NCBI RefSeq assembly: GCF_006345805.1
Contig: NC_043015.1
Coordinates: 45,384,001-45,448,000, forward strand
Direction: 5' to 3'
Length of the DNA stretch: 64,000 bases
Origin: Octopus sinensis
Taxonomy: Eukaryota
Translations under genes and position numbers: made by a program
The notes under the pieces: generated by a model
What the model was told of the DNA's origin: nothing
Databases searched by the model: none
Seen by the model: only the letters and a program-made list of their open reading frames with translations
Part shown: piece by piece, positions 1 to 10,430 of the stretch
Layout: each line of letters begins with the position of its first letter
How positions within the stretch are numbered: the stretch's first letter is position 1

Positions 1-415
1 TAGCGTCTGCTTTCCATGCTAGCATGGGTTGGACGGTTCAACTGGGGTCTGGGAAGCCAGAAGGCTGCACCAGGCTCCAGTCTGATCTGGTAATATTTCT
101 ACGGCTGGATGCCCTTCCTAACGCCAACCACTCCGTGAGTGTAGTGGGTGCTTTTTACGTGCCACCGGCATAGGAGCCAGACGAGGCTGGCAAATGGCCA
201 TGATCAGATGGTGCTTTATATGTGCCACCAGCACGGGGGCCAGACGAGGCTGGCAACGGCCATGATCGGATGGTGCTTTTTAAGTGCCACTGGCACAGGG
301 GCCAGGCTAGGCTGGCAACGGTCACAATCAGATGGTGCTTTTTACGTGCCACCAGCACAGGTGCCAGACAAGGCTAGCAAACGGCCATGATCGGATGGTG
401 CATTTTACATGCCAG
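1..415 (-). mobile_element. Family D non-autonomous RTE-related retroposon, truncated by the window edge, with four internal 62-63 bp tandem units
   Basis: Diagnostic motif gctggatgcccttcctaacgccaacc (reverse complement GGTTGGCGTTAGGAAGGGCATCCAGC) shared with more than 10 copies in the window. GTGCC-anchored units start at 159, 222, 284, 346 and 409. Confidence 0.8.
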
Positions 416-619
416 TTAAAAAATGTCATGCTTATTTATTCACATTGTTTTGAATGAGTCATGCATTATCTTGTAACTTTGAAATTTTGATGATGAGATT
501 GCTTATTTTTAGAATGACATTGTAGAGTAAGTGTGAGAGGCCTGATCTAACTTGTCTGAAGATAAAACAGATAGAATATCTGAGCCTGATATGACTGGTT
601 TAAATGCTAAAAGGGTTAA
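416..619 (+). mobile_element. piggyBac-like MITE (family E), left end lost
   Basis: Similar to 7245-7464. Ends aatgctaaaaggg followed by TTAA. Confidence 0.7.
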
Positions 620-769
620 CTCTGATACTGATTCTATCAGTTTCTTTTGCCATATTGCTAAGTTACAGAGATGTAAACAAACCAGCACCGGTTGTCAAGC
701 AGTTGAGGGAGGGAACAAATACAAACACACACATGTGTATGTATGACAAATTTCCTTGTCTTGTCTTCT

Positions 770-992
770 TATTTCTTTATTGCCAACAAGGGGCTAAACA
801 TAGAGGGAACAAACAAGGACATACAAAGGGATTAAGTCGATTACATCGACCCCCCAGTGCGCCGCTGGTACTTAATTTATCGACCCCAAAAGGATAAAAG
901 GCAAAGTCGACCTCAGCAGAATTTGAACTCAGAATGTAACAGTAGTCAAAATCCCGTTAAGCATTTCGCCCGGTGTGCTAACATTTCTGCCA
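770..992 (-). mobile_element. SINE family B (tRNA-like head, Nin/Deu-like central domain)
   Basis: Reverse complement of the family consensus seen at 23316-23552, including tttcatcctttcggggtcgataaattaagtaccag. Confidence 0.85.
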
Positions 993-994
993 GT

Positions 995-1145
995 TCACCG
1001 TCTGGTCTTCTTGTCTTATAACAGCATTCACTCAGGAAGTGAGGTGTTAAGCTGGCTCCAATTGAGTTCACCATGTCATGGGTCAAGGCAGTCCACGCAT
1101 GTCTGTCGGTAGCTGATTCTGCAGCATGTTGAAGCTATTCCCAGT
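995..1145 (-). mobile_element. Possible highly degraded RTE LINE C-terminal remnant
   Basis: Minus-frame peptide AAESATDRHAWTALTHDMV resembles the A-x-D-R-x-x-W motif at RTE ORF C-termini. Confidence 0.3.
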
Positions 1146-1149
1146 TCCA

Positions 1150-1612
1150 GTGACAAACGCCAAATGCTCAAGTTTCCATCTATCAAACTCACCCACAAGG
1201 CTTTAGCTGGTCTGATGCTATATAGTATAAGACACTTGCCCATCATCATCATCATTGTTCGACCGTGGTCGAGACAATGGAATTTACCATGCTACGCCAG
1301 ACTTCACGGTCCATCATGGCATTACAGAGGTCCTGTTGCTGGATGCCTGTGTCCCTGGAGATTACATCAGGGTAGGAGAGTGTGCGCCCTCTGGTATTGC
1401 GAGTAGATGGCTTCCAGAGGAGAAGAGTAGAAATTGCCTCGTTTTCAGCTCTACAACAATGTCCAGCAAACTGGACTCTCCTACCTTTCACAAGAGATGA
1501 CACAGGTGGTAGTTTCCCATATATTTTGCCCAAGGTGCTACATGGTGGGGCTGAACTTGAAACCACATGGTTGCAAAGCAAACTTCTTAACCACCCATCT
1601 ATGCCTGCGCCT
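1150..1612 (-). mobile_element. Old family A SINE 5' half, split by an RTE LINE insertion
   Basis: gacacttgccc at 1231-1241 resumes as ttgcccaaggtgc at 1526. TTGCCC is duplicated on both sides of the LINE. Confidence 0.7.
1242..1525 (-). mobile_element. 5'-truncated RTE-clade LINE 3' end (ORF2 C-terminus plus (GAT)n tail)
   Basis: Uninterrupted peptide KIYGKLPPVSSLVKGRRVQFAGHCCRAENEAISTLLLWKPSTRNTRGRTLSYPDVISRDTG...AMMDREVWRSMV, typical of the post-RT region of RTE elements. 6-bp TSD TTGCCC at 1236-1241 and 1526-1531. Confidence 0.85.
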
Positions 1613-2771
1613 TTACATTCTGAGTTCAAATCCTGCCAAGTTCAACACAGTCTTTAATCCTTCAGGGGGGTCAATAAAGTTTCGTACCAGTAAAGTCCTG
1701 GGATTAATTTAGTATTTCTATATATAATGATGATGATGGTATTTTGTCTTGGATATGTTTTAGTCTCACAGAGTGAGTTTTCTCCTCCTCTTTCTGAAAA
1801 CTCTCCTGGCAGCTAGCTATTCTCTCCAACTAGGTAAACTGAAGCAAGAATATTTAATTGTCATATTCAGAGCAAAATAGTAATAATGATAATAAATAAA
1901 TAAATATTTTAAAAAAACAAAAATACATATAAAACTGCCTGCAGTGGAATATAATATGTATTTGTAGCTGAAAAGGCCAAGGGTATTGTTGGGAAGATAT
2001 TTGGATAGTTCTGTAGAGTTCTTTATTCCATCTCCTCTCACAACTGACTGCTGATCTACTAATGGTGGAGAGTAATTTAGTGCAGTAAAATGAATTTAAA
2101 ACAAAAAAAAAAGTATATGGAAATACATAGTCGATGCAATAACATCTTCAAAACAACAACAACAGCAATAAAAATAATGAAAAAAAAAACAATCAGAATT
2201 ATTATCGTTGAAACTATCTCGTTAATCAAATTTCATAACAAGAGGAAATTTGATATTTTTAGTCATTTGATCTTTAAGTATTTGGTGAACTCTTCACACA
2301 CAAACACACAAATACACACACACACACACACACACAATAATATACACACTCACACATGCATACCACAAATATGCATATACACATACATCCAATCATCTAC
2401 AAGCTTACAAACTCTAACGAACATATGCACACACAGTTGCAAGCAATTATACACATACCTTGAAGCACAAGTCAAAATTATGCAGGCATGCATACACATT
2501 TAAAGACACTTACACACAACCAAACAGACAGTATACACACATACCCTCAACACATTTATTACACAGATTGTGCCTACCCATATACCTCCTAAGCACATGT
2601 AAAAAAGTTATGCACAAGCACACACCCATACACTCACCAATACACGACAGAGCCGGGTATCAGCCATGCTGTCATCTTAGAACAAATTATTCTGTTGAGA
2701 CTAATTAAAGAGAGATGCAGGGCATAAAACAAGAAAATTGTATTTTTCACTAAAAAATATATAAATAAGAG

Positions 2772-3065
2772 GTGCAGTCAAGGCTGTGTGGGTAAGAAAT
2801 TTGCTTCCTAACCATGCGACCGAGGGTTCAGTTCCACTGCATGGCACTACTATAGCCCCAAGCAGACCAAAACCTTGTGAGTGGATTAGGGAGACAGAAA
2901 CTAAAAGAAGCCCATCAGATATGTATAGGCATGGCTGTGTGGTAAAAAGTTTGCTTCCCAACCACATGGTTCCAGGTTCAATCCCACTGTGTGGCACCTT
3001 GGGTAAGAGTCTTCTACTATAGCCTCGGGCCAACCAAAGCTTGGATTTGGTGAATGGATTTGTCA
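2772..3065 (+). mobile_element. Two tandem family A SINE 5' halves
   Basis: ggctgtgtgg A-box and ggttcagttcc / ggttcaatccc B-box occur twice, each followed by the CORE-like segment. Confidence 0.7.
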
Positions 3066-3095
3066 TGTGAGTGTGTGTGTGTGTGTGTGTGTATG

Positions 3096-3127
<32 letters not shown>

Positions 3128-3134
3128 TATATAT

Positions 3135-3565
3135 CATCATCATTTAGTCTGATGCTCATAATAACCAGGGAGCTGCACCAGACCCCAGTCTGATTTGGCA
3201 TGCTTTCTTCAGCTGGATGCCCCTCCTAATGCCAACCACTTTACAGTGTGTCCTGGATGGTTTAATGTGGCACTACACAAGTGCTTTGTATATCTATGTG
3301 TGTATGTCTTTGTATAAGTGTTTGTTCCCTACCACCATTTAACAACCGGTGCTGGTTTGTTTACATCCTCGTAACTTAGCCGTTTTGGCAAAAGGAACCA
3401 ATAGCAAAAATACCAAGTTTTACAAATAATAAAACGGACTGCGGTACAAACCAAATCAGAATCCGAAAGAATAAGTACCAGACTTTAGAAATATATACTG
3501 GGGTCCACTTGTCTGACTAAAACCCCTTCAAAGCAGTAACCCAACATGGCCATAGTTCAGTAAAA
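3135..3565. mobile_element. Family D fragment (minus, 3135-3290) adjoining a family A 3' half (plus, 3290-3565)
   Basis: gctggatgcccctcctaatgccaacc, then cttagccgttttggcaaaaggaaccaatag...cagcatggcc-like modules. Confidence 0.6.
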
Positions 3566-4946
3566 GAATAGTAGGACATGTGGCTTGAAGGAAATTTAGC
3601 TGCTTTGTCTAGTAGCTTTAAGAACTGTATAGAAGCTTCCTTCACTGACTCATGCAGTATGAAAGTGGACTGAATAATTGCTTCTGTGAGAGATCTTGAA
3701 AACTTCAGGTGTGTCTAATAAATATACTTAATCATGTGACTAGCTGTAAAGTAAAACTCAGTGACTGTGAAGAATTGTTCAACTGACTGCTGATTAAGTT
3801 CTGTTTGCAGTTTGGAAAGACAGCAATTTAAGAATTCTTTCAGAAGAATTTAACGCTACATTGGCAGTAATAAATTTGGCAGTATCGAGAATAACATTGA
3901 TTAGGTCTAGCTTGTCTTGTATTAGCGTTAACTGGCGCTAGATTTTCTCAGAGGTAGTTCCAAATGTCTATGTGAACTTGGATGATTAGAGAAATGTTCT
4001 CTGCATTCATTTACCCTTGTAATATATAACAAAGATCTATTAAGGCTGTGATCTAGAATTATGTGGAAATGTGATAAAATTATGTGTACATATCATTTTA
4101 TTGTACTCGGGACAGAGACATCGGTCCTTAAAAATAAGCCAGTCTGGAAACGGCTTTTATCTTAGCACTCTACATATTCTGAACAATCAAACAATCAATT
4201 AATCAACTGGAAAGCGACAGAGAGCAATTGATTCAATTTAACATGTAATTTTGTAATTGCTTATAACTCTTGTGAAGGCCTGTGGGCTTTTGGCTGTGAT
4301 ATTGGATTCACAATCCTTAGATCATGAGTTCAATCCTTGCACTAGGCAGTGCGTTCTATCTTTAAGCAAAATATTTCATTTCACGTTGCTCCAGTCCACT
4401 CAAATGAAAATATGTACCAATAACAGCTGAATGTTAACCCTATGATGAATTATTGCCCCCGTCCACTGGAGAAGATTTGAACTCTCAATCACCTAAACAC
4501 CTCAGAAAATTGCATAGGCTCAGCAAACTGTGAGCTCAAGGCAATGCTTGTTTGTTTTGTTTTTGTTTAAATTATTTTTTTTGCTTTTTAATTCCAAATC
4601 CACTCCAATCAAGCAGACCTCTGATCAAAAATGATCCAACCAAGACGAGATAGGTTTTTCTCCGATATATATATAAGCCTACATTATCAAACAAATCACT
4701 TCTTTGCTGTTTTTTCTTAAGACAGTAGGATGTATGTAACTCAAGGGAGATCTGCCTACTATTTCTAGCAGAATTACCAACTGCTCTGCTTGCTAGTTTC
4801 AAAATCTAACAGCTTATTTATGCTATTTATTCTACCTTCTGCATTTAACTGCTAAGCTTTATCAACCCAAATGTCAAAACATGTTCCAGGACATAACAAT
4901 AAAAAGAAAATTTATTCTGCAATAGTTCCTTGTATGTTTTACTTAC

Positions 4947-5143
4947 TCTTGTCTTTCGACAGCCGACTAATTTAAAGCTGATATGATGGCATTCTCTCAT
5001 GCTTATCAGAGAATATTGAATTCTTATTCGAAAACATGTTTCCAGAACAACTGAACAAACTGCACCACCAAGAAGATATAAACATCAATTTATTATGTGT
5101 GCAGTGTGTGTAATGCCTCCCAAGCTGGTTGCAAAAGCAATAT
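4947..5143 (-). other. Exon-like unique island with one in-frame TGA
   Basis: Acceptor ttttatttaattgtag and donor GA|gtaagt. The phase-1 frame reads IAFATSLGGITHTAHIIN*CLYLLGGAVCSVVLETCFRIRIQYSLISMRECHHISFKLVGCRKTR. Confidence 0.25.
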
Positions 5144-5489
5144 CTACAATTAAATAAAATATCAGTAGCAGCAGCCACAGCAGCATTTTAGTGTCCGTTT
5201 TTCCTGGTCCGCATGGGTCACACAGAATTCATTGTGGTGGATGTTCTTTTGCCAACCTTCACTGGCTTCCAATTAATATTTCCCGATGGCTAGACATGAT
5301 TTCACAGAAGATTGGAAACAAAGGGAGCCACTTGCATGACAACAACACTCGCATACACATACATAAATAAACGCATATGTACATATATATATGTGTGTGT
5401 ATGCATGCATATATGTATTTATGTATCTCTATATATGTGCATCTATCTATCTATCTATGCATATATATATAGGTACTATTATATTCTTG

Positions 5490-5637
5490 GAGTGGTTGGC
5501 ATCAAGAAGGGCATGCAGTCATAGAAACCATGCTAAATCAGACTGGAGTCTGGTGTAGCCTTCCAGCTTGTCAGCCCTGGTCAAACTGTCCAACCCATGC
5601 CTGTATGAACAACAGACATTAAATGATGATGATGATT
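5490..5637 (+). mobile_element. Family D 3' end with (GAT)n tail
   Basis: ggttggcatcaagaagggcatgcag...gacattaaatgatgatgatgat. Confidence 0.75.
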
Positions 5638-5675
5638 GTGTCTATGTGTGTGTGTGTATGTGTGTGTATATATAT

Positions 5676-5870
5676 AACGGGAAGGTTTACGAAATTAAAA
5701 AAAAAGACGAAGGGAGGTGGAGTACAAACAAACAAATGTATTAGTATGGCGCTCAGGAATAGAAAAAGTCTTTTACGTTTCGAGCCTACGCTCTTCGACA
5801 GAAAGATACACAGAAAAAAACAAAGAGAGAAAAAAATGCGTGTAGGAGGTAACGATCTATCATGGAGAGA
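5676..5870 (-). mobile_element. Small Penelope-type repeat carrying a hammerhead-like motif, adjoining (TA)n
   Basis: Shares the gctcagga...acgtttcgagc...gctcttc.acag layout with 9325-9529 and 45735-45870. Confidence 0.6.
5769..5806 (-). ncRNA. Minimal type I hammerhead-like motif, core CUGUCGA
   Basis: Minus strand reads TCTTT-CTGTCGA-A-GAGC gtag GCTC-GAAAC-GT-A-AAAGA: 5-bp stem I, 4-bp stem II, palindromic ACGU in place of stem III, GUA site. Confidence 0.65.
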
Positions 5871-6334
5871 GAGAGAGAGATACATACATACATACATACA
5901 TACATACATACATACACTACATATATCTATATACATACGTATAGAGAGATAGATAGATACATAAGTACATTTATTATATATAAATAAATATATATGCACA
6001 CACATATACACACACAAAACTGTAAAAATCTGTAAACTTTTCCAGAAGTTTATCATTTAAATATATATAAGCATGTCTAGATATGCATGAGAATGCATAC
6101 ATAAGACAAAAAATACAAATCTGCATGTATACATACATGCATATATACATACAAAAATACCCTGTTGATGTTGTTGACATTACAATGAAGGAACCCTAGC
6201 TCTAGGTTAGAAACCAGATCTTTCTCTATTGACAAGAAATCTTGAAATAAAACTTCTTGAAATAAACATCATGTAATAAATTTTCATCAGAGACATTTTT
6301 CTGTTTTAAAACACTGTATCTCAATTGGTTTATG

Positions 6335-6558
6335 CAAGGTGGCTGAAAACTTTTGCACAGCCATTTTTGGTGGTTGTCTCGTATCTTCCCTTCTCATTCA
6401 GAACTCCTACTACAAGATATAATGATTTGGTATGGAAATGATTCCAAAAGGGTCAATGTTTCATCTGTAAAAAATGCAGTGTGGAACATTCACTTATAAT
6501 TTAGCAATTAGGAATTTACAATAGTTTAAAGTGGCTGAAGACTTTTGCACAGTACCGT
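6335..6558. mobile_element. Tc1/mariner-like terminal-repeat remnants (two similarly oriented copies)
   Basis: ggtggctgaaaacttttgcacag (about 6338) and gtggctgaagacttttgcacagtaccgta (about 6530) resemble the reverse complement of Tc1-type TA-CAGTACTGTGCAAAAGT ends. Confidence 0.45.
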
Positions 6559-6780
6559 ATATGCATACAAATATTACAAGCAAAAGATACAAGTATAATT
6601 TGGTACAAATGCAAAATAGTTATTGTACAAAAGTCATTCAAGTATGTGAGGTTAAGAAGAATTAACTGAAATCAAGTGAACAAGCTTCATTGCAGACCCA
6701 TCCAACCCACTTCGTCAGAGAAATAAATGAATGATGGGAATGATTTAGTGCAAGCAAGTGTGTCCTAAGCATGTGCATGT

Positions 6781-6811
<31 letters not shown>

Positions 6812-7244
6812 TGTATGATAAAATATTTTCAACCCAACCAGAATGATGTACAGAATTATTTGCAGGCCCTTTCATCCATCAAAAGATGATTTGCTTGATT
6901 AACTGAACTGGAAACAGTGCCATTGTTATATTCTTCATGGTCCATTAGCAGCACAAATAAAAAAAAAAGTTTCCTACAACTAGGAATCAAACCTGGTCAT
7001 AGACTAAGTTCCCCAAGAGCTTATCATTTGTTCAAAGACGCTCTCTCACCTGTGTGTGTGTGGTGGTGGTGGTGGTGGTGGGTTTACTGAGCACAGACAG
7101 AAACAGAGCTGGCGGGGACCCATTGAAAAAACAAACAACATGAATATATGTAAACAGCTGTGTGCCAGAAAGTTCATTCTCCAAATGAATATGTATTTCG
7201 TATTTCTTAACTTCCATCAGAAACTTCTGCAATTTTTTCTTTAA

Positions 7245-7464
7245 CTCTTTAGCATTCAGATTACTCCATAAAATGTAATGCTTATTTATCAACATTGTTT
7301 TGAGTTAATCACACAGTATCTTGTAGTTTTGAGATTTCGATGATGCGATTATTTATTTTTAGAGTGGTATTGTAGGATAGGTGTGAAAGGCTGGACTTGG
7401 CCAGCTTGAACATAAAACAGGTAGAATATCTGGGCAGGATATGGCCAGTTTAAATGCTAAAGGG
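7245..7464 (+). mobile_element. piggyBac-like MITE family E, complete, 220 bp
   Basis: TTAA at 7241-7244 and 7465-7468. TIRs ctctttagcatt / aatgctaaaggg match at 11 of 12 positions. Confidence 0.85.
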
Positions 7465-7719
7465 TTAAGGGATATCACAATAACATGTTTAGTATGTTAT
7501 TAATTCGATCCCCTTATTGAAAGTTACCTTGTACAGAATGGTCATCGAAGTAATGCTGCAGTCATACAAAGTCCTTTAGCTTTAGGGAACCATATTTAGA
7601 GACCATATTCAGCTCCCATGTCAAACTGTAGGCCTTGTTAAATTGAACGGCGCACATAACCAACAGATCCGTGTCACATCATACACAGTACGACATGCTT
7701 CCCAACTTGTTTTTCTAAA

Positions 7720-8112
7720 TGGCTGTGTGGTAAGTAGCTTGTTTACCAACCACATGGTTCCGGGTTCAGTCCCACTGCGTGGCACCTTGGGCAAGTGTCT
7801 TCTACTATAGCCTTGGGCCGACCAAAGCCTTGTGAATGGATTTGGTAGAAGGAAACTGAAAGAAGCCTGTCATATATATATATATATGCATGTATGTGTA
7901 TGTGTTTGTGTGTCTGTGTTTGTCCCCCTAGCATTGCTTGACAACCGATGCTGGTGTGTTTATGTCCCCGTTACTTAACGGTTCGGCACAAGAGACCGCT
8001 AGAATAAGCACTGGGCTTACAAAAGAATAAGTCCCTGGGTCGAGTTGCTCGATTAAAGGTGGTGCTCCAGCATGGCCGCAGTCAAATGACTGAAACAAGT
8101 AAAAGAGAAAGA
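7720..8112 (+). mobile_element. SINE family A, near full length (tRNA head, CORE-like domain, internal microsatellite, 3' module)
   Basis: tggctgtgtggtaag A-box, ggttcagtccc B-box, ccttgggcaagtgtctt CORE-like segment, (TA)n(TG)n, tail aaacaagtaaaagag. Confidence 0.9.
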
Positions 8113-8179
8113 GAAGAGCAGGCAGGATTGTTAGCATGCCAGACAAAATGGTTAGCAGCATTTTATCCATCTTTGCGTT

Positions 8180-8520
8180 CTGACTTCAAATTCCATTGAG
8201 GACCTTTCATCCTTTTGGAGCCAATAGAATAAGTACCGATTTCTCTACTACCCACAAGGGGATAAACACAGAGGAGACAAACAAGGACAGACAGACGGAT
8301 TAAGTCGATTATATCGATCCCAGAGTGTAACTGGTACTTAATTTATCAACCCCGAAAGGATGAAAGACAAAGTCGACCTTGACGGAATTTGAACTCAGAA
8401 CATAACCGCAGACAAAATACGGCTACGCATTTCGCCCGGCGTGCTAACGTTTCTGCCAGTTCGCCACCTTAAGTACCAGTTAAATACTGGGGGTCGATGT
8501 AATCAATTAGATCCTTCCCC
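8180..8520. mobile_element. Family B copy (minus, 8238-8469) nested antisense in an older B-type copy (plus)
   Basis: TSD taagtacc at 8230-8237 and 8470-8477. The host resumes agttaaatactggggg. Confidence 0.8.
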
Positions 8521-9324
8521 ATAATTTCAGGCCTTGTATCTATAGAACACAGGGTTATTACACTTGTCTTGTTCTAAGATCTATAGTTTTCTTGGCAACG
8601 ACAAAAAAAAAGTTGTCTTTTTTTTTTTTTAGATACAGAGAAAAAAACTCCCAACATTTATCAACAAGTACATTTTTTTTTTTTCCTGCCTTCTCTTTTA
8701 AAATTTAATTTAAGGTTTGCTTCTCTAAGAAATCAAATAATTTATTATTTATTTATTTTGTTATTTACCTTATGCTTCAATTATCTCACAATGATAATTG
8801 AAGTATAACATAACAAGATTTTTAAAAAATAAATTAAATATTGACTTGCAATCTATTTGTATTTTTTTTTCCCCCTTTTTTTCTTCATTTTTGTTCTTTT
8901 TTTTTTCTTTCTTTCAACATGTGAAAACATTTGATTTAACCTAAGCCGATGTAGTTGTACAATCACATGAATGTAGGTGGCAAAGCGTTCTTATCAATCA
9001 CTCTCTCTGCTGCTTTCTTTCTTTCTTTATTTATTTTTTCCCCTCTTGTATTATCTCAGTGAGCAAGCCAAAGATGTAGCATGGAAGACATTTAGCCTAT
9101 TAACTATTAAGATAAAAAAAATAAATAAATAAATATAATAGGCGCAGGAGTGGCTGTGTGGTAAGTAGCTTGCTAACCAACCACATGGTTCCGGGTTCAG
9201 TCCCACTGCATGGCATCTTGGGCAAGTGTCTTCTGCTATAGTCCCGGGCCGACCAATGCCTTGTGAGTGGATTTGGTAGACGGAAACTGAAAGAAGCCTG
9301 TCATATATATGTCTATATATATAT

Positions 9325-9529
9325 GGTTAATCCAAACAAGAAAACACAAAAAACACAACAACGCGAGGACAGGGAACAAATATAGTATTATTGGACGCTC
9401 AGGAAAGAAGGGAAGAAGGAGGGTTTAACGTTTCGAGCAGAGCTCTTCATCGGAAACATAGGAGAAGGAAAGATCCCGAGAAGGGAAGACAGAGGGAAAA
9501 AAAATCGCCACCGGTACACACGAGGTCAC
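9325..9529 (-). mobile_element. Penelope-type hammerhead-bearing repeat inserted into SINE A
   Basis: Flanked by the (TA)n and (TG)n parts of the host SINE. Similar to 5676-5870. Confidence 0.6.
9423..9457 (-). ncRNA. Minimal type I hammerhead-like motif, core CCGAUGA
   Basis: Minus strand reads GTTT-CCGATGA-A-GAGC tct GCTC-GAAAC-GT-T-AAAC. Confidence 0.65.
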
Positions 9530-9800
9530 TGTATGTGTGTGTGTTTGTCCCCCTAGCATTGCTTGACAACCGATGCTTGTGTGTTTACATCCCCGTCACT
9601 TAGCGGTTCGGTAAAAAGAGACCGATAGAATAAGTACTGGGCTTACAAAAGAATAAGTCCCGGGGTCGATTTGCTCGACTAAAGGCGGTGCTCCAGCATG
9701 GCCACAGTCAAATGACTGAAACAAGTAAAAGATTAAAAGAGAGTAAAGAGTACAATAAAAATGAAAACTGTGTGTGTGTATGTATGTGTGTGTGTGTATA

Positions 9801-9905
9801 TCTTTAATAAACAGCAAATATCAGTCTTCCATAATACAACTCCAACACACAATCTCAGACCAATTAGATTGTCAAAACATACATACAACAGGAAAAGAGT
9901 TAATA
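9801..9905 (+). repeat. 105-bp direct repeat, copy 1 (copy 2 at 10326-10430)
   Basis: tctttaataaacagc...ggaaaagagttaata occurs on both sides of the Helitron with 3 substitutions. Confidence 0.95.
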
Positions 9906-10325
9906 TCTCTCTCTATATAAACTGCAGTTTGTCTGTCTGTGTGTCTGTGTGTCTGTCAGGTTGTACCCTCACCCTGACCACGGCTTTCAACCGATTCTGA
10001 TGAAACTTGACACACACATAGCCCAATGTCATAATTCAAAACTAACGCAGCGAAAATTCTGAAAAGTTCCCCCAGTTCTGAAAAAAATCGATAAATTCGA
10101 CATGGGGCTCGAGAATCTAAGCTTTTTATATGCAACACATTTTCTGTCTAGGGGACACAACTCGACAGCTAGGAACATCGTATACACAGAAGTATTCGAG
10201 TGAAGAGAAGACATTGCAACCTACACATGCGCCTTCGTTCCCTAGAGGGAAAGGACTAGATTGGGATTAGTCGTTGCCTATTAGGGGCTCTTACATACCC
10301 GGGCAACGCCGGGCTATGCTGCTAG
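9906..10325 (+). mobile_element. Non-autonomous Helitron (Lep1-like architecture), 420 bp
   Basis: Starts TC (tctctctctatataa) after A and ends CTAG before T. Subterminal hairpin CCCGG-gcaacg-CCGGG at 10298-10313. Short (TCTG)/(TG) tract near the 5' end. Confidence 0.85.
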
Positions 10326-10430
10326 TCTTTAATAAACAGCAAATATCAGTCTTCCATAATACAACTCCAACACACAATCTCAGACCAATTAGATTGTCGA
10401 AACACACATTCAACAGGAAAAGAGTTAATA
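10326..10430 (+). repeat. 105-bp direct repeat, copy 2
   Basis: See 9801-9905. Confidence 0.95.

Larger units (their letters stand above)
9141..9748 (+). mobile_element. SINE family A, full length, with a 205-bp insertion in its internal microsatellite
   Basis: Head ggcgcaggagtggctgtgtgg at 9141. The 3' half resumes after 9530. Confidence 0.9.

Noticed and set aside
150-412. Regularly spaced repeats resembling a CRISPR array
   Set aside because: The units are contiguous tandem copies without unique spacers, lie inside a eukaryotic retroposon, and have no cas genes nearby.
6182-6225. Hammerhead-like ACAATGA...AACCCTAG ct CTAGGTT a GAAAC
   Set aside because: The hairpin is present but the core has three mismatches, including G5, and there is no stem I. 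Too degenerate to call.
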